From Blepharisma stoltei ATCC 30299 (lineage: Eukaryota > Protista > Ciliophora): a DNA stretch of 64,000 nucleotides. Under the pieces are notes generated by a model that was not told the origin of the DNA, ran no database searches, and saw nothing but the letters and a program-made list of their open reading frames with translations. Positions within the stretch are counted from its first letter, which is position 1; every line of letters begins with the position of its first letter. The translations under genes were made by a program, and so were the position numbers. The stretch is taken from positions 434,001 to 498,000 of the forward strand of contig CBFDEM010000038.1 of the NCBI GenBank assembly GCA_965603825.1, written 5' to 3'. Of the stretch, positions 1 through 12,104 are shown piece by piece.

Positions 1-1000
1 GATTACCTTAAAGAGCCGTAAATTTTGTCTCTTATGTAGATGCCTTCATCTCTTGGGATCTGCGAAGTCGCTATATTAAAGGTAAAGTTAGGGGTTATGT
101 TGGCTAAATCGTCAAAGTTTAAAGTAACCGTGGGTTGGTGGCTTTATACATTGATGAGCTTGTGCTATGAACTACTAGAGACGTGCTACATTTAATTTTT
201 TTGTACTCAAGATTTGCCACGTCACAATCATTCCCATCAATCTCAACCCTGACCCATAATGATGTCAGCGGGAAGCTCTCTCTTTCTATCGTTAAAACTT
301 GTCATCAGCTGTGCTTCCACTTGCAGAAATCTTATCAATACTTGCCAAAACTCTAAAATTATAATAAAAACATTCGAAAATATCTCACTGATATCCGTTC
401 CAAAGATTCCACCATATCCATAAGGGCCATTAAGCTTAATAACCGAGTTTTTATTTTAATAATTATTGTTTCCTAGTAGTTGCCTCTAAAAGCCTAAGGG
501 CTGATTGCAATAATTTTTTTGTAAAAAATTACAGTCATTTTTATTCTCTTGAAGCTTTTTTATAGCAATCTGTCTCCTAACACTTCAGCTATGTTCATGA
601 TATCCAAAAATTCAAAAGTTTGGCTTGAATACAGTAGGTAAATGATCATATTTTGAGTATCAGTTTTTACATTTATCTACCTCCCAACAAAACTTATCTA
701 GTCTCCTGGAACTACTTCGGCCAGATTCATGTAAAATATGACTGGGTGAATTCTATGATTAGGCCTTGGTCCACCAGAATTTCAGTGTTATAATAAAACG
801 CAGTGATTTGAACTTTAGCTCCATTAGGGTGCTTTGACGGAGGGATTATGTACTGCAGGCAACTTGATGCTGCTCTTAATGGTCAAAAACGCCGCTTATG
901 TAGAGAGTTGTAACTCCAGCTAATTAGCCTGCCAGGTATCCTATATTAAGAGAGAAGGATTTGCAGAGATACCTGAAATTTCTATACAGTTTGAATAAAC
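1..1000 (-). pseudogene. Decayed fragment of a fibrocystin-L/PKHD1L1-like IPT/TIG-repeat surface protein gene
   Basis: Minus-strand translation, with frame switches and TAG/TAA stops, gives 'LAGVTTLYISG', 'PVIFYMNLAEVVPGD*ISFVGR*', 'SIDKISASGSTA..QVLTIE..FP....VRVEIDGNDCDVANLEYKKIKCST' and 'IPRDEGIYIRDKIYG'. These resemble IPT/TIG domains (GSxxGGTxLTIxGxGF...VxIxGxxCxV....IxCxT). GC content is visibly higher than in the neighbouring intergenic DNA. Confidence 0.55.
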
Positions 1001-1519
1001 AAAGCCTCAATAATTAGAGTTATTAACAGCATACTTTTAAAAACCATTCTTTTAAGTTCAAATTTTATGATAAAGATATATATAAAAATATATTTATAAT
1101 TGATATTATATCCATTTAAGCCAACAAATATGGATTTATTGATCATTTTATTTTCTAAGTGACACTTAAAAATGAATTTTTAGTTGGAGAGATTAAAAGA
1201 TTGAGATTATTAACTGAAATTAGCAAAGCATTCTGATACTTAAAACTTCTGTAAAAATGGCTAATTGTGGGGAGTTGCTGATATAATGTTATTTAAACAG
1301 TTAGCTCATAGAAAAGATTAATTTTTTAAACACCAATTTTTTGGAGCAAGGTTTAAATATTTTATAATTTCATATATATACCAGAGATAAGATATACAAT
1401 ATGTATATATTAATTAGATTTGAGTTAGATACGGGTGTGAATTTCATGTTGGGTCATATAAAAATTGTTCAAAAGGATATGGATTAATTTTCCTAATCTT
1501 TGATAATTTTCAATTTAAT

Positions 1520-1583
1520 CACTCTATCAAGGGAGTGAGAAACCTCGTTTGGCCCCGCCAGCCTTGGACACTCTATCAAGGGA
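1520..1583. repeat. 15-bp perfect direct repeat (CACTCTATCAAGGGA) flanking a 34-bp GC-rich spacer
   Basis: Copies read directly at 1520-1534 and 1569-1583. Confidence 0.9.
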
Positions 1584-2419
1584 CTTAAATAATATTTCTC
1601 TGATTGTTTGATTTAATTTTAGATTAAACTTATATAGATTAATTTCTTTAAAGTAAACTTTTTGCAGCAGATTTAAATTAATTCTGATTCATTTTTTAAT
1701 ATTATATCCTTATCGTAAAATTTTGATACTTAAATCCCTAAGTATATTATAATATAAAAACGCAAGACAATCATTCTCGATTAAGCAATAAAAAATAATT
1801 ACTAGAAAATAAATAATATTTTATAAAGCTACTTATAAAATTCAAATCAATAAAATAAATAATTATTTTCTAAAGGCATTACCAAAATGCAAATAAAATT
1901 TTTTCTTAACGATTTATAATTGCTTTTATTAATTTTAGCTTTCAAATAGTTTGCATATTAATTTTTCTTTAATTATAGTCCTTTTATCTTAATGTCAATA
2001 TCAATAGACTATAATAAGCACACCACCATAAGCTAGAGATAATTTATTTATATTTAGCAAATTTGGTCTATATTTACTAGACAAACTCCTAAAAATTATT
2101 TTTAAATTTTAATGTGTTTTAATTTCCCAAGCGTTACTTCATTTTGAAATAACTTTCAATATACCAATTTCATCATTTCTTGAAAAGAAAATTTTAAGCA
2201 GAATAATCTCTTATTTTTAGCGGCGTTCCCTCAGAATCTCAAATGAATTTAATTATTAATTTGAAAGAATTTTTTTTCTGAGTGGGTCAATTCATTTCTT
2301 CCTATTTTTTGTGTCAGCACAAAATAAAGAATTGGTAATTATTAAAGAATAAAATCTATAAATCTCTACAATTTGACAATTATTTTCATTTGCGTCCATA
2401 ATATTCTGATAAAAATTCT

Positions 2420-3235
2420 ATGCAGTCAGTAGACCCAATAATCGTAACCCAACTACGCGCATTTAACTCATCTTCAGGACGAAAAATTAGCTTGAACTCG
2501 AAAATAAAGAACTGTTTTTATAACCCAAAAAACTCTATGATAGCGCCACCAAAGAAGGAGTACTTAAGATGTCGTGTGATTCGTGGACACAAGCGAGCTA
2601 TAAGACAAATTAAAAAGAGTGCTATACCAATCAGGACCTTAAATGCTTTTGACCCAGAAAATCCCACAGCACTTAGAATCTGAAGAATCCTCTCAGACGT
2701 TTACATAAAACATGAAGAAGAGCTCTCAAAATTCAGCCAAACAGAAAGTGGTCCCAAAACAGATGGGAAGTCCAAGCGTCAAGGGAAAGTTGAAAACCTC
2801 GCCAAAAGCTTTAATTACGAATTCTGCAGAGATTATTTTACTCCTCTAGGAGTAAGAGAATCATTTTATTATTATGTTGAGCTCTTATTTGTTGACTTAA
2901 ACCCTAAAAGCCTCTGTGAAAAATTTGACTTCAACTGCTGCAAAAGCCCGCACTCCCATGAGTGCCTTGAAAAATGGCTTTTAATGAAAAAATACATCAG
3001 CCAATATATGATTCAGGAGCTAGGTCTTGAACCGTTTATGCCAGCTTCGCCTGAAGGGTTTCACTTGCCAAGCCTATTTAATTCGAGCTTGGATCAGCCA
3101 CCAGAAATATCCACCTATCATAGAAGGCTGAGGTCAAGTTCAAGCTCTACTCTTGATAGTAATTCTGCTACTAAAACAAGTCTTTCGTCAGGGGATTTGC
3201 AGAATAATTGTAAGGGTGGATCGAGAGATAAATAA
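2420..3235 (+). CDS. Basic Cys/His-motif protein of unknown function (271 aa), paralog of 4984..5787
   Basis: ORFs 2420..2683 and 2984..3235 are in frame and joined by one TGA (2681-2683) that aligns to TGG (Trp) in the paralog (LRIW vs VKIW). Shared motifs: KKEYLRCRxIRGHKRA, GPKTDGKSKR, FNCC-x3-H-x3-CLEKW. Ends TAA. Confidence 0.85.
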
Positions 3236-4983
3236 AACTAATAATTGGTTTATTAACCTGACAAAAGGGTCAGTAATTGCTTATGTGAGGTGACATATTT
3301 ATCGAGATAAAAATTTTTAAAAATTAAGAAATTAATTATTTATAAAAAATTTGATCACGGGCTTAGATGGGAATTTAAAAAATTAGGAAAGTTGCAAAAA
3401 AGGAATGAGTTTTGTGAAATTTTGGTAAAGGAAAAGCTGCATTGAATTTGTGTGATTAAAATGGATTCTAGAAGTATTACGTTTTTTTAGGGTTGAATAA
3501 ATACCAAATAAATTCAAACCAGGCTAAAAGAATCAGCCTAAAAGAAGTCTATAAAATGAAAGGATTAGCTGATAAAGAATATTAAACTATGATCAGCTTA
3601 AAAGGTTTGGTGCAAATAATTATGAAACTGAATTAGCAAATATAAATATTTTGAAATATTAAGCTATCAGTTTCGAATTTAAAAAAGCTTAAAATTAGCA
3701 AGATTAGTATAGGGCAAATATGAAAATCACTGCTACAAATTAAAAATAAAACACTCATTTAGGATTCGGATAAAAATTATTACGAATATTATTTTGCTAT
3801 AGGTCTTGCAACTCGTTTTTTTGCTTTATTTTACAAAATATCAACTGATTTCCACTTTTTCATTTCGTATATTAGAATTCTGACAATTAAAAATGGTTGA
3901 GCAAAATATGCTTTTTATGAGCTCCAATCAGAATAAAAAAATCTGATCTCAAATCAAAATTTTATTTTCAGAAAATTAGAGTGGCTTTTCGAATTTAAGA
4001 AACAATTATCAATGTCTCAAATTTCTATAAAAGGAATTTTTATTATTTACCTATATTTTATAGGAAATTAAAAGGGAGAAGTTTGATTATAAGAATAGGA
4101 GGGTTTATATGTTTTTTAGCTTATTTTTAGATTTAGATTTGAAGATTTAAAGCATTTCGCATTTTAAGTCGAAATGGAATATTCATAATGAAGCTTTTAC
4201 TAAATTTTACCCTTAGAAGCATAGGTTTACATGGAAAATTGGTTAATTAGTCAAGTGAAATTGAAATTATAAAATTTGCATTTCAGTACTAAAATTAAGC
4301 AACAAAAACTGTTTGAAATCAAGTTAAATATCAGAAAGCATATAGATTAATTAAATTTTTAACTTTCCAGCAAGTTCATGAAGATAATTATGAAGTAATC
4401 AATAAAGTATTAATAACTTCCTATTCATCTTCTATTTTTTAATCAAAAATCATCTAAAAAGAAGTAGATTTTTTAAAAATTAAGCCTATAAGTTTTCAAG
4501 CATTTCCTTCAAGCTTAGCTAATTTTAGAAAAATTAATTTTTTTTTCTAAGGTTTTTGATTTATTTTTTTTAAAATACTTATATATATCCTAAATAAAGC
4601 TTGATATTTTATACTTCTCACTCATTCTTCAATATCAATAAATTTTAAATTCTTTTTATTTTCTTCACCACTTTAAAAGTTTCCTATTAATTTTAAAATT
4701 CTCCAGATAAGATGATTTATAACTATTTGAAATTTTCTGACAGTAAATTAATCAAAAACAAGCCTTAAATCAGCTTTATAACAAAAAAAGTCTTGAATAT
4801 AGAGCCGAAATCGTTACCATATTTTGAAAAGTTAATTAATTAAAAAATGGTCTGGATTAATATTGCGTCCTGGTCTGGAGGTCGAAAAAATTATTAAACC
4901 TTCAATTTTTATTTTATTTGGTTTTAAATCATATAATTTCCTATAAATGATTGAATTCTTACGATTTCTTAAATATTAAAATA

Positions 4984-5787
4984 ATGAAGTATGTACAATC
5001 AATGGACCATATGTTGGTCAGTCAACTCCAATCATACGGGCCGTATTCAGGACGCAAATGCAAGCTAGTGGCAAGAATCAGGAACTGTTTTCTCAATGCA
5101 AAGCGGTCTGCCACTACACTGATCAAGAAAGAATATTTAAGGTGTAGAATAATCCGTGGCCACAAGCGAGCCTTACGACAAATAAAAAGCCAAAAAATCC
5201 CAACAAGAACAATCAACTCTTTTGACCCGAAAAACCCATCTGCTGTCAAGATTTGGATGAAGCTATCAGAGGTTTTCCAAAGGAACGAAGACGTCCTTTG
5301 CCCTATCAGCCAAACAGAAAATGGGCCAAAAACAGATGGGAAGTCCAAGAGGAAAGAAAAGGTAGACTCCATTGCGAAGAGCTTTAATGAAAAATTCTGT
5401 AAGGAATATTTCACCCCTTATGGAGTGAGAGAATCATATTATTACTACATTGAGCTTTTATTTGTTGACTTAAATCCTAGAATCCTCTGCGAGAAATTTG
5501 AATTTAATTGCTGTAGAGGAGCACACAATTTGCAGTGTCTTGAGAAATGGTTACTGATGAAAAAATACATCAGTCAGTACATGATTGAAGATCTTGGATT
5601 GGAGCCATTTTGTCCCAAGTCGCTTCAGCATTACTCATTGCCAAATCTATTTTCAGATGAAAATTTTCAATTGCAAGCAATTAGGTCAAGCCAGAAAAAT
5701 TTTGAATTTGATAGGGGAGAGTATGAAACACAGTCTTTCGATGAAATTCGTAACTTCATTTGTAAGCAAAACATAGAAGCTAAGTAA
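4984..5787 (+). CDS. Basic Cys/His-motif protein of unknown function (~267 aa), paralog of 2420..3235
   Basis: Open frame with first ATG at 4984 (track started at TTG 4951). Colinear similarity to 2420..3235 over about 210 aa, with a divergent C-terminal tail. Ends TAA. Confidence 0.85.
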   Translation: MKYVQSMDHMLVSQLQSYGPYSGRKCKLVARIRNCFLNAKRSATTLIKKEYLRCRIIRGHKRALRQIKSQKIPTRTINSFDPKNPSAVKIWMKLSEVFQRNEDVLCPISQTENGPKTDGKSKRKEKVDSIAKSFNEKFCKEYFTPYGVRESYYYYIELLFVDLNPRILCEKFEFNCCRGAHNLQCLEKWLLMKKYISQYMIEDLGLEPFCPKSLQHYSLPNLFSDENFQLQAIRSSQKNFEFDRGEYETQSFDEIRNFICKQNIEAK

Positions 5788-7110
5788 ATATTTATTATAA
5801 AAGTTAATAGAAATATGATAAAACAATTTTGTGTTAGTAAGATAAACTGGCTCGCCAAGGAAGGTTAAAGTTTTAGCTTATACCTTTTGATAACTAGTGA
5901 TATTTAGATTTTTTAGTTTCAATTGCAATAATTAATAATTATTCAATCTTTAAATTTATGTTAGAAGAATTTGCTGAATTATATTGATTATTGTTTTAAA
6001 AAATTATATATAAAATATTACTTATATAAATAAAGTTGTATTGTAAGCAATTTTTACTCATTATCAAAGATAGAGGAGAAGTTAGATTATTAAATTTAGA
6101 TAATTTTTAAGGCCCAACATAAGAAATGAAGCATTTTCAATAAGACTTCTCGAGAAATTTAGAGATTGAATTAAATTTTATGACCATAAGAAAATGGTTG
6201 ATTAAATGGTTTTTTTTTGAGATTTTTTGAATTCTTAAAGTATTTCAAAGTATTTTATATTAAGTGATGTTCTTAAAAATATTAAAAATACCTAAAAAAT
6301 TAATATAAAACATAATGAAATTTTCACAAATAAATATTGCCAAAAAATCTAAAAAATAATTGTCTAAATAAATCCTTTAAGTTCTTGAAATAGTAAAATC
6401 TGATATTCTTTAGAATTTGAATTATAGCCAAATTTCATTTTGTAAGTATTTCTATATGTCACCATTTTTAGAATTCCATAATAAACTGCAGCTAATAATG
6501 GAGTCTACACTTTGACTTATCATAGCGTAATCAAATATTCAAGGGGATTACTTTTTAGCAATTATCATTTTGAAGACGCAAGCATTTTTCAAATAAATCG
6601 AGCGAAGTTCCAAAAATTTTAAAAATTTAATCAAAAATAATTTTAACAATTTAAGAGCAAAATTAAAAAATAATAAAGTTCAGAAGTGTGAATTAAAGAT
6701 ATTCTTAATTAATTAAAATATTTTATCTCATAACTGCATTATATAAAATAGGAGCTAAAGATTAAAAGCAAATTTTGGCAAATCTAGAACAAAATATTGC
6801 TTCGAAGTTTAGAAAGCATAAGGAAATTCTTTATTTTTGTCAAATCCCAATCTATTCAATAAAAAAATAAGGGTAAAATTTTAAAAATTTTTATTTTTTG
6901 AATTCAGCCAATTGCTGCAGCATATAGAGCAAGGCTTATTATCCAAAATCATAATTTGCATTCAAAAACCTGACTTAGATATTAAATTTTAATTAAAAAC
7001 CTTATTAATTAGCCCTCAATTCTCCTTAAAGTTACCCAAAAATACTTAAATTATATTAGGTTTGTATTACGTCCTATATGATTTTATTATTTATCAAAAA
7101 TAATAGTAAA

Positions 7111-10100
7111 TTATAATGGCCTTATCTTTTCTACTGATGAATCACTTCTCAAAGTTTCTTGGACTTTACTACTATTAACAAGATTTTTCACAGTTGTCAT
7201 TGTTCGATGCAATGAAGCAATCGATAAATCTTTATTCATAGTTCTATCATTTGATTTTTTATCTGGCGAAACGCCTATAACACTTATACTTTTATCTTCA
7301 TTGGCTTTATCCATCATGAGCCACTGAGGCTCCAAGTAAGGATTATCACAGCCCATAAGATATTGGTCAATTTTATGAGTTTGCTGCTTCCTCTTAACTT
7401 TTTCTCTTTCCTTCAAAATTCTATTTAATTTTTTAATTTCTCTGTCTTCATCTTTCTCCCTTGGCATATTCAAAAACTCTGTCATAGTCTTCATACGGTC
7501 TTGCCTACGCTCAGGGGATTCATATTTTTCTCTCATGTTTCTATTGTAAATTGGGCTTGAGTCTCTATTTTCATCAGAATATTTCCTAAAGTTTCTCTGG
7601 ACTGAAGCTGAACGCTTAAGATTAGCCCCAGTTGACCGATTTTTTCTATGAGAAAAATCAGATTGGTCATTAAGAAACGAAATAGGACTTTGATCGACCC
7701 CTTGTGGGCTTAAACTTCTTGAAGAATCATTATTAAATCTTCTTCTTACCATATCTCCCAATAGCACTCCTTGTGAAGTATGTCTTTCTAGATTTCTATT
7801 TCCTTTTTTTCCTCCTTTTTTCATTGACTTTTTCCCTCGGAATTCTCCACTAAATTCGTCATTTTCAGATTCTATATCGGATAAGTCTCCGATTAAATTT
7901 TTCAGTCTTCCAGTCAGTCTTCTGCCACTTTCTGAGCCTGAGCTGGACTCGTCACCTTTTCGCTTTTTTCGTCTTCTTGGCTCTGATTGGAAGCGATTCC
8001 TTTTCGAGTCTTCAAAAATCAGCTTATTTCTAGTAGCTGCATATATTGAAGAAAGTTCATCTAATTTAGAATCATCTTTGCTTGTATCTACTTTTGCTGT
8101 TTTTCTCTTAGTTTTTTTCTTTTTCCTTTTAGTTAGAGATATATTTCTCATCATCATTTCTTTTGATAAGGACCCATCAGGGAATTCTGGCTCAGCTTCG
8201 TCATAAGAAATAGGCTCAATAGACCAGTCTCCTTTTTCAAATTTAATTTCTTTAGAAGGACTTATATTACGTCCGCCCTTAGGCAGTGGAGGTTTTCCTG
8301 TACGAAGTTTGGCATCTTTTTCTGTATCATCTATTGATATATTATTTAACAGGAATTCAATATCATCTGGAGGAAGATTTTTTTGTTTAAGCTTGCCTGT
8401 TTCGTCTGTTTCTTTTGATTTTTTCCCTTTTTTGCCTCCTTTTTTACCTTTTTTCTTTTTATCAGGTCTTTTGTTAACCTGAACTAGCTCATAATTTGGG
8501 GAAAATTTATTACTGCCTTTAGCTTTTTTGAATTCTTCTTCTATTTCTTTACGATTTTTCTTTCTCATCCTTCTTTTCTTGGTAACAACCGTTTTATCTG
8601 ATTCAGGGAACAGCTGGTTTTTATTAGGATTTTTATTTGGGTCTTGGCTTTCAAGAGTTTTGCTATATAAATCGGCGTTGTCGACTCCAAAAAATGTAGG
8701 GACGACTGGTATCATTTCTCCTTTTGATCCTCTTTTATATATTGGCTCTTCATTTTGGTTAATTAGAGAAATATTCCCATCTTTGTCTATATGCTTTTTA
8801 GCTTTCCATAGTTTCCATTTGGCTTTAGGTGGAGCTTTTATGACAGCGCCACCATATGCGTACATTTCTGTATGGTCTTTGGGTTTTCTTCTTAATAAGT
8901 TTTTTGGATTAATTTCGTACTTTTTCGCATCAGATTTGGTAATATTTTTCTTGCTAGCTTCTCCTACTAGTATTAAGGGTTTTCCGTCTTTTCCTATAAC
9001 CATGACTTCTTCTGTATTTCCTTCAGGCTTTCTGACGATTTTTCCTTCTTCATTTCTAATATAAAGTCTTGGGTTTTCAAACCTCTGCCTTGCGATTTTT
9101 CTTGGTTTTCCATTACAGTCAATCATCATTTTAGGGTACAATTTTTTAGGTTTTGGCTCTTTATAAACCTTTCCATCTTCTCCTTGTACATCAATAAATT
9201 GCTGAGATTTTGGGTTTCTGCCTAAGGTGCCTTCAATAGGTATTCATTCTCCATCAGAAATTTCTTCATATTCTGTAGCAGACTCAAAGCCTATTTCATC
9301 GCCTTTTTCATTTATTTTTTTCATAACTCTTTCAAGCTCTCCATCATCCCCTAATTCATATTCACTTACATATTCTGATATATCAGATTCTTCTTCTGGA
9401 TCATCAGGGTCTAATAATTCACCGTCAGGCCCAGTTTTAAAAATTTTGATATTTTTGGATTTTTTAGGGGAATCTACAAGTCTTTTTTGTATAGGAATTA
9501 AGGCTCCTAAATCATTTAATTCATAGTCAGTTTCATACTCATCTTCTTCTGGGATTGGAATTAAATGACCATTATTATCGACTGAAAACTTGGCAGGGTT
9601 TATTAAGACAAGGTCTCCATTTTCGTTTTCTTCAAAGAAAACTTCATTATTAGACGGTAGAACTTCTCCATTTGATCCCACTGTAAAACGCCGAGAATCC
9701 TTTTTTCAGCTTCTTCCAGTCAAAAGAGCATCTGTATCAGAATCATAGCCACTTAAATCTCTGTCGACTTTTACAAGCTTAGTTACTTTATTTCCTTCGC
9801 TATCAATTTCTTCAATTTCTGTATAATCACTATCTACTGATTCATAATATTCAGATTCGTTATCTACTACAATTGTTTTATGAAGCTGAGAATTCTCCAA
9901 CATCTCAATTTCGCCTTCATCACTTCCAAACCCTTCTTCAAAAAACCAGACTTTTTCATTCGTTGCATTAAAATTATTAGCTTCTTTAGTATTATAAGCT
10001 TCTGAAGCATTCTGGGTCATCATCCCTTGTATTTTATCAGCATCATCAAAATTCAATCTTTTGACTGGCCTAAATAAATCACTTTTATTCATATTATTGT

Positions 10101-11253
10101 CTTGATGAGCATATTTCGGCTCATGCTGGGCTGATTCTATATGGTTTTCTTTGCTTCCTAACAAGCTAAATGATACATCATGTAAAGACATTGTAGGCGG
10201 TGAAGGGCATTTAAATTTTTTATTGCGTGGACTTGTAGCTCTTGGGGAATGGTCTAATAAGGTATCTTCTGAGTAGCCATCTAATAGAGGGTCACGGGCT
10301 TTGGTTGGGGATCTTTTATATTGACGTAAATTCCCTGGAGAAATATCATGATTTCTAATAATAAATTTTCTATGTAAAAATGCAGAGCAGCGGAAACAAA
10401 TTAGTAGAAAAATAATGACACTTCTGAGAGGGATGTCTATGGCTATACCAAATAGTCAATGTAGGAAGCAAACCCGAAGATTGTCTTGAGACATGTGAGA
10501 AGACATATAAATGCTTCAAAACAAGCCTGCAACACAGCATAGAGCTAAAGCAGTTACAAGGATTTCTAAGGCTGCACTGTTATTTTTAGACTCATCAGGT
10601 AGGGTAAAAGCTTGATCACGAGGACTTAGTTCGGGGGTTTCAATTTTCCCTATTTCATCCTCACGATTGGTGAATTCATATTCAGTGTGCTGCTCATTTT
10701 CATATAATGTTTTATTTTCTTGCATTTCTTCTAGGTTTTTATTGGAGTCAGACTTGGCATGAGCTATTTTGGTTTCATCAATTGTTCCATACATGCCATT
10801 AAGCTTTCCTTTATTTTTCTCATTAAAACTTGAAAGAAAGCTGTTAGTAAGGATCGCTGTTATACAAATAGCTATAGCTGTAGATGCGATGCTGCAATAA
10901 AATGCTATTAAGAGGTCAGTTGCTGTATAATCAATTTCATAAATCACGATTTGGTTAAGGATCCATAAAATTGATAGAAACACAATAACGAAAAAAAATT
11001 GGCTTGCTCTCGGTACTTCTAATTGAACATCTTTATATGAGAAAAGCGCTCACAGAGGTATATAGCGTTTGGCTGCCTGAGTGTAAGTGAAGGTCTTGAA
11101 ATTCATGGTTGTTTCAGTTTTAATTGTAAAAACTTGATGCTTAAATAAGTCTTTTAGTACTTTTACAATCTTGAAAGAATAATGCAATGATATAATCATC
11201 ACGATGATCATTACAATAGTAATTATGATGACTGCTCCAATTCATCCTGCCAT
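7111..11253 (-). CDS. Large membrane protein (1380 aa): ~5 N-terminal TM helices resembling the polycystin-1-family membrane module, then a long acidic and Lys/Arg-rich low-complexity tail
   Basis: Four track ORFs share one frame; the gaps were read and contain only TGA, no TAA/TAG. ATG at 11253 (MAGWIGAVIIITIVMIIVMIISL). Hydrophobic segments follow 'RYIPLWALF...VPRASQFFFVIVFL'. The polycystin resemblance is by eye only. Confidence 0.8.
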
Positions 11254-12104
11254 GGAAAATTAATTTATTATTGCATCGATTCTCTTATAAATGAAAAATT
11301 AAGGAAAATCGTAAGAGCTAATGCAAAGTGTTATGTTTATTATTTTGAGATTTATAAATAAATATACATTAATTTTGATATAATTTTACCATTTAATTTA
11401 TAAAAACATGAAAGCAACAGAGTTTAGACTCAAAAAGCTGTGGGAGTATAAATTAATAAAGTCCGGTTTTCTAATATGGACATTTTTCTCTATTGAAAAT
11501 TTAATTATGAATTTTTAGTGAAAGCTTATGATTTTATAAAATTAGAGTTAAGAGAATCAGTGTGTGCTTTGCAAGATTAAATAAATTTTAATATTCGTAA
11601 GGTAATAATTCAAATTCAGTTAAAAAACAATAGCGTTAATTTTTGACATGAAGCAGACCTCTATAAAATACTTTAACTTAAAGAATTTAAAATATTTTAA
11701 ATTTTATCTTAATTGGTACACACACAAATGAGAAAATTTAGATCTGAAGACGTTTGGGCTCAAAATTAACCTTATATGATCATTTATTTAATCAGATCTC
11801 CACAACTTTTATAAGTTTATCACCAATAAGCATTATATAATTTTACTTCAGCTAATTGAAATAATTATAAATGAGTTTGTATCATACAGTTAAAAACTAT
11901 AATTAACTCAAAAATTAGCGCATTCTAATTATTTATCTTAATTATCTTAATTAATCATCTATTAGTCTATAAGGTAACTGCTTCAAGGGTAGAAAATTTA
12001 TATATATGATAAAAGAACTAAAAATATCATTCTATTTGCAAAAAAAATTTATTTAGATTCCAAAGTAGCCTTTCTACTTATCTCATATAATTTCTTTATA
12101 GTTT

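Noticed and set aside
570-585. cctaaca resembling a heterotrich telomeric repeat unit
   Set aside because: Single partial match with no tandem array; expected by chance.
1520-1583. CRISPR-like repeat-spacer unit
   Set aside because: Only two 15-bp repeats, no cas genes, eukaryotic context.
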